Positions 1 through 8,625 of a stretch of 32,680 bases of DNA are shown piece after piece; the stretch's first letter is position 1, and each line of letters starts with the position of its first letter. Source of the stretch: Actinomycetota bacterium. GTDB taxonomy: Bacteria > Actinomycetota > Acidimicrobiia > Spongiisociales > UBA4744. Made by a program: the position numbers and the translations under genes. Under the pieces are notes generated by a model, which ran no database searches, was not told the origin of the DNA, and saw only the letters and a list, made by a program, of their open reading frames with translations. The stretch is from positions 1 through 32,680 of the forward strand of contig JAADGS010000069.1 of the NCBI GenBank assembly GCA_013152275.1, given 5' to 3'.

Positions 1-156
1 GCCAACCTCACCCTCCCCCACCGCATAGGTCACAGCCTCGGCCCCCGTCAACGGATTCCCCGGCGGAACCAACGCCCTCCGGCCAGCCCAGAACCCCAAC
101 GCGCCAACACCCACGATCGCCACCGCCACCCACAGCGCAACCCATCGACGCTTCAT
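1..156 (-). CDS. N-terminal part of a membrane-anchored protein, probably a peptidoglycan-binding/efflux adaptor-type subunit (runs off the window edge)
   Basis: Hand translation from ATG at 156 with a GAGGAAGG RBS: MKRRWVALWVAVAIVGVGALGFWAGRRALVPPGNPLTGAEAVTYAVGEGEVG. Basic N-terminus plus hydrophobic anchor; frame open to position 1. Product inferred from N-terminal resemblance only. Confidence 0.55.
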   Translation of the reverse strand, partial: MKRRWVALWVAVAIVGVGALGFWAGRRALVPPGNPLTGAEAVTYAVGEGEVG

Positions 157-188
157 CACACCTTCCTCATCACATCGGACACTACCGG

Positions 189-218
189 TGAAGCCGGCCG
201 GGCTCCTCGGAGACCTCC
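189..218. mobile_element. Possible degenerate solo IS3-family terminal inverted repeat
   Basis: TGAAGCCGGCCGGGCTCCTCGGAGACCTCC resembles IS6110-type ends (TGAACCGCCCCGG...CGGAGAC). No transposase nearby. Confidence 0.25.
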
Positions 219-369
219 AACGGCACGCTTCCGGGTGGACTCCGACGGTACGACGATTGAGGATGACGTCCCAGCCGGAGCCCACCACATGACACAGCCC
301 GTCGAACGTCGACCCGCCACTCCACACACTCCAGTTTGTGTGCGTCGCGAGGTCGGTTCAGGCTCCAGT

Positions 370-1323
370 TCACTGGCCACTGGTAGCCACCTCCTCGACG
401 AGTGTCGTCGGCCCGTAGCTGGCGTCCGAGATCACGAAGCCCGATGGGATGCCGAGGCTGGGAAACCCGTCGATCGTGCGGTCTTGGATCCGCAGGAGCT
501 GTCCATCGTTGCGCAGCTCGAATCTGATGATCGAGTCGTCTCGGCCGGTGGGAATCGTCTCAAACGTTGTGTTGGTCTCCGTGCGATCAACGATGCGCAG
601 GTGAAGGTTCGCGAGGAGCAGAATGGTCGCCGCGCGAAGCTGCGGCGACGCAGGCGACTCCCGGATCAAGCTGAGCGCGAAGTTGACAACGTCCGTGTCG
701 GTCTGCACCGACGGTTTGGCTCTGATCATCCGTTCGAGTGCGTCCGGGTCGGTGGGCCAGTCCTGCTCCAGCGCCGTGTGTGTCGAGCTTTGGGCGGTAA
801 TGGTCGTCAAACCTATCCGGTCGCCGACATCCATCCCGTTCCGGTAGTAGAGGGCCCGGCTCTCGTCGTCGAAAAAGACCGGAGCATGCAATGTGACTTC
901 GATGACGAAGGTTCCCGTGCGACTCACCCAGACGCGTCGAGTCTCCGGAACAAGGTATGCGATCCGCTCCTCGGAGCCGGGAACGCTGGTAACGGCGAGG
1001 TTCGTCGCTGTCGATTCGGTGTAGTAGTAGTCGCCGGAACCGAGGGTCGAGACATCGACGACACCGGCGGCGTACGCGATCTCTTGGAGCGAGGCGCTCA
1101 CGGCTCCGGGACGGACCGCCTGGATCACGACGGCCGCCGCGACCAGGACAACGACCGCCGCGACGACGATCACCGGCCGCGACAACACCCACGGCCGGTG
1201 TCTGACGGTCCGGCCATCCGCACGGGACGCTGCCCGGTACCGGGCGTCGATGCGTTCGATCTCGCGTTCGGTAGGTGCACGCTCCACGAGCGCGGTTCGC
1301 AACAAACGATCGATCGGATTCAT
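370..1323 (-). CDS. Single-TM putative anti-sigma factor (CU044_5270-like family)
   Basis: Short cytoplasmic N-terminus, one TM (PVIVVAAVVVLVAAAVVI) and an extracytoplasmic domain with GDYYYTES...RRVWVSRTG. ATGA overlap with the upstream ECF sigma factor. Confidence 0.7.
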   Translation of the reverse strand: MNPIDRLLRTALVERAPTEREIERIDARYRAASRADGRTVRHRPWVLSRPVIVVAAVVVLVAAAVVIQAVRPGAVSASLQEIAYAAGVVDVSTLGSGDYYYTESTATNLAVTSVPGSEERIAYLVPETRRVWVSRTGTFVIEVTLHAPVFFDDESRALYYRNGMDVGDRIGLTTITAQSSTHTALEQDWPTDPDALERMIRAKPSVQTDTDVVNFALSLIRESPASPQLRAATILLLANLHLRIVDRTETNTTFETIPTGRDDSIIRFELRNDGQLLRIQDRTIDGFPSLGIPSGFVISDASYGPTTLVEEVATSGQ

Positions 1324-1904
1324 AATTCGTCCTCCTCCACCACTCTTTGTGCAGCTTCGGGAAGGAGTTCACACAGCCGAACCCTGGCACGGTGAATCCG
1401 CGATCGGACGGTGCCTACCGGGATCCCCAGGATTTCAGCCACCTCGCGGTACGACAGGCCGTCGAGAGCCACCATCAGCAGCGGCTCCCTATCCCTACGG
1501 TGAAGCTTGCCCAAAGCCGCGACGACCTCGGCTCGGACCCGCGCAGCGTCTGCCGCTGCCGCCGCGTCGACGGCGGGGTCGATCTGAACGTTCAGCCAAC
1601 CTGCGGCGATTGCCGGCCCCCTCGACCTTCTCACCCACTGCTTCCGTAGATGGTCTCCGACAATGTTGTGGGCGATGCCGAACAGCCACGGACGAGCGTT
1701 TTCCCTCGACAAGTCGAACCGAGAGCACAACTGAAACGCACGGGCGAACACCTCACCGGTGAGGTCGGCCGCGTCGTTTCTCTGAACCCGTCTGGCTACA
1801 AACCGGAACACATCATCCCGGTAACGTCGGTAGATCTCATCGAACCACGCAGGATCGGTGAGAGACCGCTCAATGAGCACGTTGTCCGCGACAGGATCAT
1901 GCAC
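1320..1904 (-). CDS. ECF (sigma-70 group 4) RNA polymerase sigma factor
   Basis: Region 2 (AADLTGEVFARAF, ARPWLFGIAHN) and region 4 HTH (GLSYREVAEILGIPVGTVRSRIHRAR). Confidence 0.93.
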   Translation of the reverse strand: MHDPVADNVLIERSLTDPAWFDEIYRRYRDDVFRFVARRVQRNDAADLTGEVFARAFQLCSRFDLSRENARPWLFGIAHNIVGDHLRKQWVRRSRGPAIAAGWLNVQIDPAVDAAAAADAARVRAEVVAALGKLHRRDREPLLMVALDGLSYREVAEILGIPVGTVRSRIHRARVRLCELLPEAAQRVVEEDEL

Positions 1905-1938
1905 CAGGAACCGAACCCTACCGACACCTCGCCGCCGA

Positions 1939-2499
1939 CTATGACGACCAGTAGGACACCGACTCCGCCCGATTGTTGAAGAACGTCAGATCATGAATCG
2001 ATCCCGAACCGGTCGTCGACTCGAATCCCCCGGTCCGATTGGGTCCGTCGTGATGCTTCAGGCGATAGCAGCCGTTGAAAGACGATGAGATCCGATTATC
2101 CCAGAACCCAGACGTATTCCACCAACCTCCCGCACACGACGACCCCACCACCGAAATCGAGGAACCGGATCCGCCGTAGCCGTCGTAGTGGATCCCCAGC
2201 GTGAACGAAGCGACCGTCACGCCGACCTTGCTATCGGAGAATACGATGGAACCCGGCGTTCCCACAGGGAGTCGCAGCCGACCATCAGACGCGTCAAGCA
2301 TCGCCTCAGAGAAAGTGCCGTAACAGTGGGGCGGCGACAGGACAAGCTCGCCATCGCCCTCCGTCGCAACCACAGTAACGACGCAGTGCGACGCTCTCTC
2401 GCCCCCATCAGAAACCGTGGACGCAACTAGCGGATGGACGATTCGAGAGTGCACCAGTCTCGGGCCGCTTGACGGCGGCCACGTCGCCCCGACGTGCAA
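1939..2499 (-). CDS. Cys-containing extracellular-type protein with a C-terminal beta/gamma-crystallin or peptidase-inhibitor-I36-like domain; 5' end uncertain or eroded
   Basis: Internally repeated motifs WDNRISS and FNNRAES, Cys pairs (HCVV..HCY; SSC..NGC). The first ~35 aa look non-coding and contain no signal peptide. Confidence 0.55.
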   Translation of the reverse strand: MHVGATWPPSSGPRLVHSRIVHPLVASTVSDGGERASHCVVTVVATEGDGELVLSPPHCYGTFSEAMLDASDGRLRLPVGTPGSIVFSDSKVGVTVASFTLGIHYDGYGGSGSSISVVGSSCAGGWWNTSGFWDNRISSSFNGCYRLKHHDGPNRTGGFESTTGSGSIHDLTFFNNRAESVSYWSS

Positions 2500-2992
2500 T
2501 CAGCTCAGACCACGACCACCAGACGCCGCCTCGATCACACGATCAGTTCGATAGCACACCACCACGAGGAGCAGATCGGCGCCGAGCGTGCGACTCCGTG
2601 CCGAAGATCGACGTCGCCGCCATCGAGCACAGGTTGCCGATGCCACCTTTGGCTTTTCATACCTTTCCGATGTCAGTGCCGGCGACCCTGTCAGGAACCC
2701 TCAAACTCGCCGTTTCCCGATGAGCGATGGCTCGCATCAGTCCGGAACAAGAAGACCGTGACCAGGAGTGATGACGAGGGTGGAGTATCGGACCCTGAGC
2801 GCTTGCTGCTCAATGTCGCTCCGGACGATGAGCGATACGCTCCTTCCCCTCGGCAGCGCGTTCTGGATCTTGCACATAGTTCCTTCCAGGGCAGAAGGGC
2901 AGCGTCACCCTTGAAGCGACACTACGAGGCCCACCTCTCCAAGAAGCGGCCTCGTAGTGTATAGTTTGCACTATGTTGTGGATTGGTCGTTC

Positions 2993-3493
2993 GTGACCAC
3001 CGAAAGCCCCTCCACGTGGCGCGTGCGCCGGCGGTCCGTGACCCTGCGTATCGCCCTTACGCTCGTCTCCATCGTGCTCATCTATCAAGCCGACCGCCAG
3101 TTTGAGAACTACCGGAATGCAGTTGCGAGGACGTACTCAAACGGTGAGTTGTGGAGATGGTTCATTGCAGCGGGAATGGTGCTCTTGGCCGGTGCCGCCG
3201 TTGGGTTCGCCCTCCGGCCCCACCCCGTGAGCCGAGGCTTCGTGCCTCTACGAGCCGTCGGGATGGCTGTCGTGCCGTTCTTTCTTGCCATGAGCCTGCC
3301 GATGTTCTCCTGGGGTTGGCCCGGAACGCCGATGGGATCGTGGTTGTGGTCGGTGCAGATGCACTTCGCCGGCGAGTCCCTCGCAGTGCCGATGTGGCTT
3401 CTCGTTGGCCTGGCGATCGTGGCCGGCTTCGACGAGCACGACGACACATCCAGCCCTCCACCTGCGGTCGACAGTCGGCACAGCATGCCATGA
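2993..3493 (+). CDS. Hypothetical membrane protein (about 4 TM helices)
   Basis: Four hydrophobic segments in ORF 2957-3493. GTG at 2993 chosen as start (uncertain). Confidence 0.6.
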   Translation: MTTESPSTWRVRRRSVTLRIALTLVSIVLIYQADRQFENYRNAVARTYSNGELWRWFIAAGMVLLAGAAVGFALRPHPVSRGFVPLRAVGMAVVPFFLAMSLPMFSWGWPGTPMGSWLWSVQMHFAGESLAVPMWLLVGLAIVAGFDEHDDTSSPPPAVDSRHSMP

Positions 3494-3719
3494 GACCACC
3501 TCCGCGACACTGACCTTTCCACACCAATCACCCAGGACCACGGCCGACCAACTCCCCGTTTCCGCTCGGCTCACATTGCGTCTGGTCCTGGTTTCTACCG
3601 CAGCAGAACTAAGCAAGCGAGCCGATAAAGTTGACCAGTGTCGGGAACGGGCTTCGGATGCTCCGACCCCTCCACGAACCGCAATGGTCACACCAACGGG
3701 GCCCCGTCATGCCGACACC

Positions 3720-3812
3720 CGGCACTCCGGTCAGATCACTGCACACAGGGACTCCGCTTCGTGTGGAACGATCGGCTCCTCCGAGCGATCGTGAGTATGG
3801 CTGTCCAACTCA
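3720..3812 (+). pseudogene. Short relic of an MFS transporter (central loop/TM7 region)
   Basis: LRSDHCTQGLRFVWNDRLLRAIVSMAVQL matches the EGLRFVWR.PLLRAL pattern typical of actinobacterial MFS exporters. Flanks show no coding similarity. Confidence 0.35.
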
Positions 3813-3919
3813 CGTGTCCCAGATGGCGAGGCGTCAAGCGGCGAGCGTCGCCCGAGGTGGGACGGTTTTTCGTGTGACCGGGAAAGTTAGGTGCTGTCAC
3901 GAGGGTACCCTTTTTGCCC

Positions 3920-4222
3920 ATGGTGACGGAACAGCAGGTGCGTGACTCGCTCAGAGATGTGATCGACCCGGAGGTCGGTGTGAACATCGTCGACCTCGGG
4001 TTGGTGTACGACATCTTCATAGGGGAGGAGGCCGTGATGGTCGTCATCACGGTCACGACTCCGCTTTGCCCGCTCGGCTCGTACCTCACCCAGGCGGTGG
4101 AGGCCCGCCTGCTGGCGTTCCCTGAAGTCGAGTCGGTCGAAGTACATACCGTCTACGAGCCGCCCTGGAACCCGTCGATGATGAGCGACGAGGCCCGACG
4201 ATCCTTGGGTTGGGTCGGTTGA
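3920..4222 (+). CDS. Metal-sulfur cluster assembly factor (DUF59/SufT/PaaD-like)
   Basis: VIDPEVGVNIVDLGLVY, TTPLCPL and EPPWNPSMMS signature motifs; ATG at 3920. Confidence 0.92.
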   Translation: MVTEQQVRDSLRDVIDPEVGVNIVDLGLVYDIFIGEEAVMVVITVTTPLCPLGSYLTQAVEARLLAFPEVESVEVHTVYEPPWNPSMMSDEARRSLGWVG

Positions 4223-5292
4223 CCACCCGCCGAGCCGCCGCCCCCCTCTGGATGCTCATTCCTGCCGTGCTGGCATTGATTGTTGCGCTCTGGGCCGGGT
4301 TGGCTCGGCTGGGATGGAGTGCGTTTGCGACAGCCCCCTATCCGCAGATGCATGGGCCGATGATGGTGTTCGGTTTTCTCGGTACGGTCATCGCCCTGGA
4401 GCGGGCCGTGGGTCTGGGCAGGCGGTGGGCATTCGCCGGCCCCGTGCTGACCGGCCTCGGTGTGATCCTGCTGCTGGTCGGGCTGCCGCCGATCATCGGT
4501 GCGGTGCTGATCTTCCTCGGGGCGGTGCTGGTGACCGCGGTGTATGTGGAAGGGTTGAGGATTCAGCCGGAGCTCCACATGGCCGTGATGGCGCTGGGAG
4601 CGGTCGCCTGGGTGGTGGCCACCGCCGTCTGGGCGGGTCTACCGACGGACATGGCCAGGATCGTCCCTTGGATGGCGGCGTTCCTGGTGCTCACCATCGT
4701 GGGAGAACGGCTCGAGCTGGCACGGATGGGTGGCGGCACGACGAGAATCCTCGGACCGTTCGGTTGGGCACTGCTGGTGTATCTGGTGGGAACGGCAACG
4801 ACCGTCGCCTCCCCGGCTGTCGGAGGCAGAATCGCCGGAGTGGGCATGACGGCACTGGCGTTGTGGATGGGGAGCCATGATCTGGCTCGTCGCACGATCC
4901 GTATTCCTGGACTGCCCCGCCACATCGCCGTGGCGCTCCTTGCCGGGTATGGCTGGCTGGCTGTCGGCGGCGTGCTTTGGGGGTTGGGCGGGTTGACCGG
5001 CTACGGGTATGACGCAGCGCTCCACGCCGTCTTCCTGGGTTTTGTGATGTCGATGATCTTCGCTCATGCCCCGATCGTGGTGCCGGGCGTGTTCGGTCTC
5101 GACCTGCCCTACCACCGAGTCTTCTACGGCCATCTCGTACTCCTCCACGTGGCCCTTCTGGTCAGGGTCGTCGGATCCCTCACCTCGAACGGAAGGCTGT
5201 GGCAGTGGGGTGGGATGTTCACCGTCGTCGCAGTCATCCTGTTCCTTGGAGTCACCGCCGGCTCCGTCATCGCAGCGAGACACAGGAGCTGA
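4219..5292 (+). CDS. Polytopic membrane protein, NnrS-like
   Basis: About 12 TM segments with conserved His motifs (HGPMMVFGFLGTVIALERAV, LHAVFLGFVMSMIFAHAP). TTGA overlap with the DUF59 gene. Confidence 0.7.
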   Translation: MTTRRAAAPLWMLIPAVLALIVALWAGLARLGWSAFATAPYPQMHGPMMVFGFLGTVIALERAVGLGRRWAFAGPVLTGLGVILLLVGLPPIIGAVLIFLGAVLVTAVYVEGLRIQPELHMAVMALGAVAWVVATAVWAGLPTDMARIVPWMAAFLVLTIVGERLELARMGGGTTRILGPFGWALLVYLVGTATTVASPAVGGRIAGVGMTALALWMGSHDLARRTIRIPGLPRHIAVALLAGYGWLAVGGVLWGLGGLTGYGYDAALHAVFLGFVMSMIFAHAPIVVPGVFGLDLPYHRVFYGHLVLLHVALLVRVVGSLTSNGRLWQWGGMFTVVAVILFLGVTAGSVIAARHRS

Positions 5293-5915
5293 TCTACGGA
5301 TCGCATCCCAACAAGCCTGCGTGTGCGCGCACCTGGCGATCGCAGATCTCGGTGGCGCCGCCGCTATCGGAGCGCAACTTCATACTCCAGGCGAAACCAC
5401 GACCTTTGCGGACATGATGTGTACTCGGTCGGGTACCGATTCGCTCAAGCCGCACGTTGTCAGGACACGGGCTGCAGGAGGTTCGTGCCCAACGGCGGCG
5501 GGCAGGATCCGTCCCTCGGAAAGGTACGTGCATCCTGGCATCGATTCGTTGCGCCCGCCTTCTGGCCCCGGACGATCCCGTATGAGTCGACGAGACCTCG
5601 GTGTATCCCGCAGACCCTCCCGACGGGGCACACCCGAGCGCCTGGCCATGGTGCCTTGGCGGCCCCGTCGCCGGCCTTGTGCGATCACCTTGTGAGAGCG
5701 CCCCCGGTTGGGTGGACGCCCTGGCTGTTGGTCAAAGAGGAGCGAGCCGTCACATCTTCCGTGTCGACTCACCGATGGACGCGAGGCTCGCCCAAGCTGA
5801 TCGTTCGCACGGGTTCTGCCGCGAGCGAACTCGTCACCCCTGCCGCTGAGAGTACGACAGGAGCCGGGAACACATACCAACGGCCCGATCAAAAGCACCC
5901 ACAGGGAACTCGGAA

Positions 5916-5952
5916 TCAACCGTCCCGGGTTTCGTGGAAGCTCCACGAAACC
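5916..5952. mobile_element. IS3-family-like terminal repeat / palindrome abutting the scaffold gap
   Basis: TCAACCGTCCCGGGTTTCGTGGA-AGC-TCCACGAAACC. Perfect 11-bp inverted repeat at 5928-5952; the left part resembles IS6110/IS51-group ends. Confidence 0.45.
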
Positions 5953-5982
5953 NNNNNNNNNNNNNNNNNNNNNNNNNNNNNN
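5953..5982. other. Assembly gap (30 N)
   Basis: Run of N in the sequence. Confidence 1.
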
Positions 5983-6022
5983 CTGTCACCGGGTCTGTGC
6001 AGCTGTCGAAGAGGGGTGGGCG

Positions 6023-6589
6023 GTGCGATTGAGATGGATACTGTTCTCAACTATCGCGGTCGCCCTGCTCCTTTTCACGGCGGTCATCACAAACGGGCGG
6101 CAGGAGTCCCCGGAATTGGTCATCGACAACTCGGTGGCGGCCGACTTCGCCCAAGTGGCCGATGCAGAGTGGGAGATGTTTGTCGCCTCGTTCCCGGCCA
6201 TGGAGAGCTGTCTCGGCCGCGTAACCCTTGTCGCCGACCACACACTTGACGACCGCGCCCGGTACGATCCACAAACCCGAACCATGACGGTGCGCGTCCC
6301 GGGCCCAAAGGTGCTTCTCGACCGCGCCCTGGTGCATGAACTTGCGCATTCTCTGGAGTTCTCATGCGCCTCCCAGGTGAAGATGCGGCCTGCGTTTCTT
6401 GCCGCGCTTGGGCGCGATGGCAACGAGGCGTGGTTCGAGGGTCCCGAGTGGGGACTGATCCCGAGCGAGATCTTTGCCGAGGCGGTTGTCGAGTACGTCC
6501 TCGACGAGCGAGGGAGGGCCCACACCGGGATCGGTCTCATCGATCAGCATGCGGTCGATGTGGTCATCCGCTGGGCGAACGGCGGCTGA
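6023..6589 (+). CDS. Secreted or membrane-anchored zincin-like metallopeptidase-domain protein
   Basis: N-terminal signal/anchor, VHELAH (HEXXH) and a downstream SEIFAE third-ligand-like motif. Confidence 0.7.
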   Translation: MRLRWILFSTIAVALLLFTAVITNGRQESPELVIDNSVAADFAQVADAEWEMFVASFPAMESCLGRVTLVADHTLDDRARYDPQTRTMTVRVPGPKVLLDRALVHELAHSLEFSCASQVKMRPAFLAALGRDGNEAWFEGPEWGLIPSEIFAEAVVEYVLDERGRAHTGIGLIDQHAVDVVIRWANGG

Positions 6590-6646
6590 AAGCGCTCGAT
6601 GCACCGGAACCGACCCCGCACGTTTGAGCCGGCGGGCACATCGGGT

Positions 6647-7507
6647 CTACGAGCCGCCGCTCAGTCCGAGATCATCGGTCTCTTCACCGAAAGCCGTGGC
6701 GGCCTCCGCAAGCTCCTCCTCGCCTGTCTGTGCGGCAGCCTTCTCCAGTTCATGTTGAAGTGTCTCGAGTTCCGCACCACCGGCCATCATCTGGACCAAC
6801 TGTCCGAGCGGAATGTCCTTTTTGAGATAATCCCCGTAGACCTCGCCGCGACGAAGAATGACGAAGTGGTCCCCGACAGGGTATGCGTGGTGAGGATTGT
6901 GCGTGATCAGAATCACTCCGAGCCCGCGCTTCTTGGCATTGACGACATAGCGGAGCACAACCCCCGCCTGCTTCACCCCGAGTGATGCGGTGGGCTCATC
7001 GAGAATCAACACTCTGGCCCCGAAGTAGACGGCCCGGGCAATCGCCACAGATTGCCGTTCACCACCCGACAGGGTGCCGACGGGCTGCTCGGGATCCCGG
7101 ATGTCGATACCCATCTTGCCCAACTCGTCGACCACGGTCCTCTTGGCCTTTGCGACGTCGACCCTTCTGAAGGGCCCTACGCCGCGCTCAGGCTCGGAGC
7201 CGAGAAAGAAATTCCGCCAGACCGCCATGAGCGGCACCATGGCGAGGTCCTGATAGACGGTCGCGATGCCTGCATCCAGCGCCTCACGCGGCGACGTGAA
7301 GCTGACCGGCTTGCCGTCGATCCTGTACTCGCCGCTGTCGGGCTGGAGGAGCCCACTGAGGATCTTGATGAAGGTGGACTTGCCGGCGCCGTTGTCCCCG
7401 AGAATGCAGGTGACTTGACCTTCGTTCACACAGGCGGAGATATCCGTGAGGGCCCTCACGGTGCCGAAATACTTCGATATGGAGTCGACTTCGATCAGGT
7501 GTGTCAT
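6647..7507 (-). CDS. Sugar (inositol-type) ABC transporter ATP-binding protein
   Basis: Walker A GDNGAGKS, signature LSGGERQ, Walker B LILDEPT. True start ATG 7507 overlaps the permease stop (ATGA). Confidence 0.93.
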   Translation of the reverse strand: MTHLIEVDSISKYFGTVRALTDISACVNEGQVTCILGDNGAGKSTFIKILSGLLQPDSGEYRIDGKPVSFTSPREALDAGIATVYQDLAMVPLMAVWRNFFLGSEPERGVGPFRRVDVAKAKRTVVDELGKMGIDIRDPEQPVGTLSGGERQSVAIARAVYFGARVLILDEPTASLGVKQAGVVLRYVVNAKKRGLGVILITHNPHHAYPVGDHFVILRRGEVYGDYLKKDIPLGQLVQMMAGGAELETLQHELEKAAAQTGEEELAEAATAFGEETDDLGLSGGS

Positions 7508-8538
7508 GAGCGCGCCTTTTCCGCCCGAATTCGTACGAACTGGTTGAGCAGCGCCGCTCCCAGCAGCATCACGCCGAGGAACAGCTTGAACCAGTCGGCA
7601 TCCCATCGGCCGAACGCCAGACCTTGGCGCACCATCTCGAATATCAGTGCGCCGATTGCGGCACCGATCGCCGAGCCATAGCCGCCGGTCAAGAGGCAGC
7701 CACCGATGACGGCCGCGATGATGAACTCGAACTCGAGGCCGACACCGATACCGATCTGTGCGGACTGAAACCGTAACGTGTTGAACATCGCCACAAGCCA
7801 GGCAGAGACCGACACGTTCACGAACAACGCGATCTTGACCTTGTTCACGGGAACACCAACGGCGCGAGCCGCCGCCGCATTGCCCCCCGCGCTGAAGATC
7901 CAGTTTCCGTACTTGGATCGCAGCAAGACAAAGGTGGCCAGCGCAGTGATAACCAGCCAATAGAAGACCGGAATCCGGATACCGATAAGCGGCGCTGATG
8001 CAAATAGGATCTTTGCGATATCGTGACCAGCCAGCTCCTTGCTCAGGTAGATCGTTGTCTGTCCGCTGATCAAGCGAGTGAAACCAAGTCCGGCACCCTG
8101 CAGAATGAAGTATGTGCCAAGAGTCACGATGAAGCTGGGCAGCTTGGTCTTGATGACCATGATCCCGTTGAAGACACCGACGCCGACGGCAAGTACCAGT
8201 GACAGCAGCATCGCGAGCCAGACCGGCGCACCGGCGTTCTGTATCAGCAACGCCGTCGTGATTCCGAGACCGCCGATGAGGACACCCGAGGAAAGGTCGA
8301 ACTCACCGCCGATCATCAAGAGGGCGATCGCAACAGACATGATCCCGAGCGTTGAACCCGGATTGGTGTATGCGGATACGGCTTTGACGCTGAAGAAATT
8401 CTCCGTAAAGAGCGAGAAAAAGACAAATACGGCGATTGCGCCGATGATCGAGCCGAACTCCGGCCGAGACAACGTCTTCTTGAGTAGACCAGCCCGAAGT
8501 AGTCGATCATCGGTGACTGACGGCGCGTCAGCGGTCAC
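7504..8538 (-). CDS. Sugar ABC transporter permease (RbsC/CUT2 family)
   Basis: [28 protein letters not shown] and IIAAVIGG motifs. GTG 8538 preceded by a GGAGGGAGG RBS. Confidence 0.92.
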   Translation of the reverse strand: MTADAPSVTDDRLLRAGLLKKTLSRPEFGSIIGAIAVFVFFSLFTENFFSVKAVSAYTNPGSTLGIMSVAIALLMIGGEFDLSSGVLIGGLGITTALLIQNAGAPVWLAMLLSLVLAVGVGVFNGIMVIKTKLPSFIVTLGTYFILQGAGLGFTRLISGQTTIYLSKELAGHDIAKILFASAPLIGIRIPVFYWLVITALATFVLLRSKYGNWIFSAGGNAAAARAVGVPVNKVKIALFVNVSVSAWLVAMFNTLRFQSAQIGIGVGLEFEFIIAAVIGGCLLTGGYGSAIGAAIGALIFEMVRQGLAFGRWDADWFKLFLGVMLLGAALLNQFVRIRAEKARS

Positions 8539-8557
8539 GTTCCAGCACCTCCCTCCG

Positions 8558-8600
8558 GGTTGGGATGAGCCCGCCGTGTGCACGACGGGCCACCCCAACC
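8558..8600 (-). promoter_or_regulatory. Intercistronic stem-loop 3' of the binding-protein gene (probable mRNA stabiliser or partial terminator)
   Basis: GGTTGGGGTG-GCCCG-TCGTG-CA-CACGG-CGGGC-TCATCCCAACC folds into a long imperfect hairpin with no U-tract. Confidence 0.55.
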
Positions 8601-8625
8601 GACTCTACCTACTTTCCCTCTTCTG

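Noticed and set aside
235..1395. 386-aa plus-strand ORF and similar long ORFs (8578-9687, 10870-11883, 22694-23509, 24849-25745)
   Set aside because: Antisense shadows of well-supported genes, typical of high-GC DNA, with no motifs.
2955..2974. AT-rich dyad ATAGT-TTGC-ACTAT upstream of the membrane protein gene
   Set aside because: Only 5-bp arms and a single occurrence; may simply be the promoter -10 region.
3762..3775. Fifth operator copy (TGTGGAACGATCGG)
   Set aside because: Half-site only, explained by Val-Trp-Asn-Asp codons of the MFS relic. A similar partial match at the permease start (about 8533-8544) was also dismissed.
5323..6249. 308-aa ORF spanning the N gap
   Set aside because: Reads through unknown bases, has no recognisable motifs, and overlaps the HEXXH gene out of frame.
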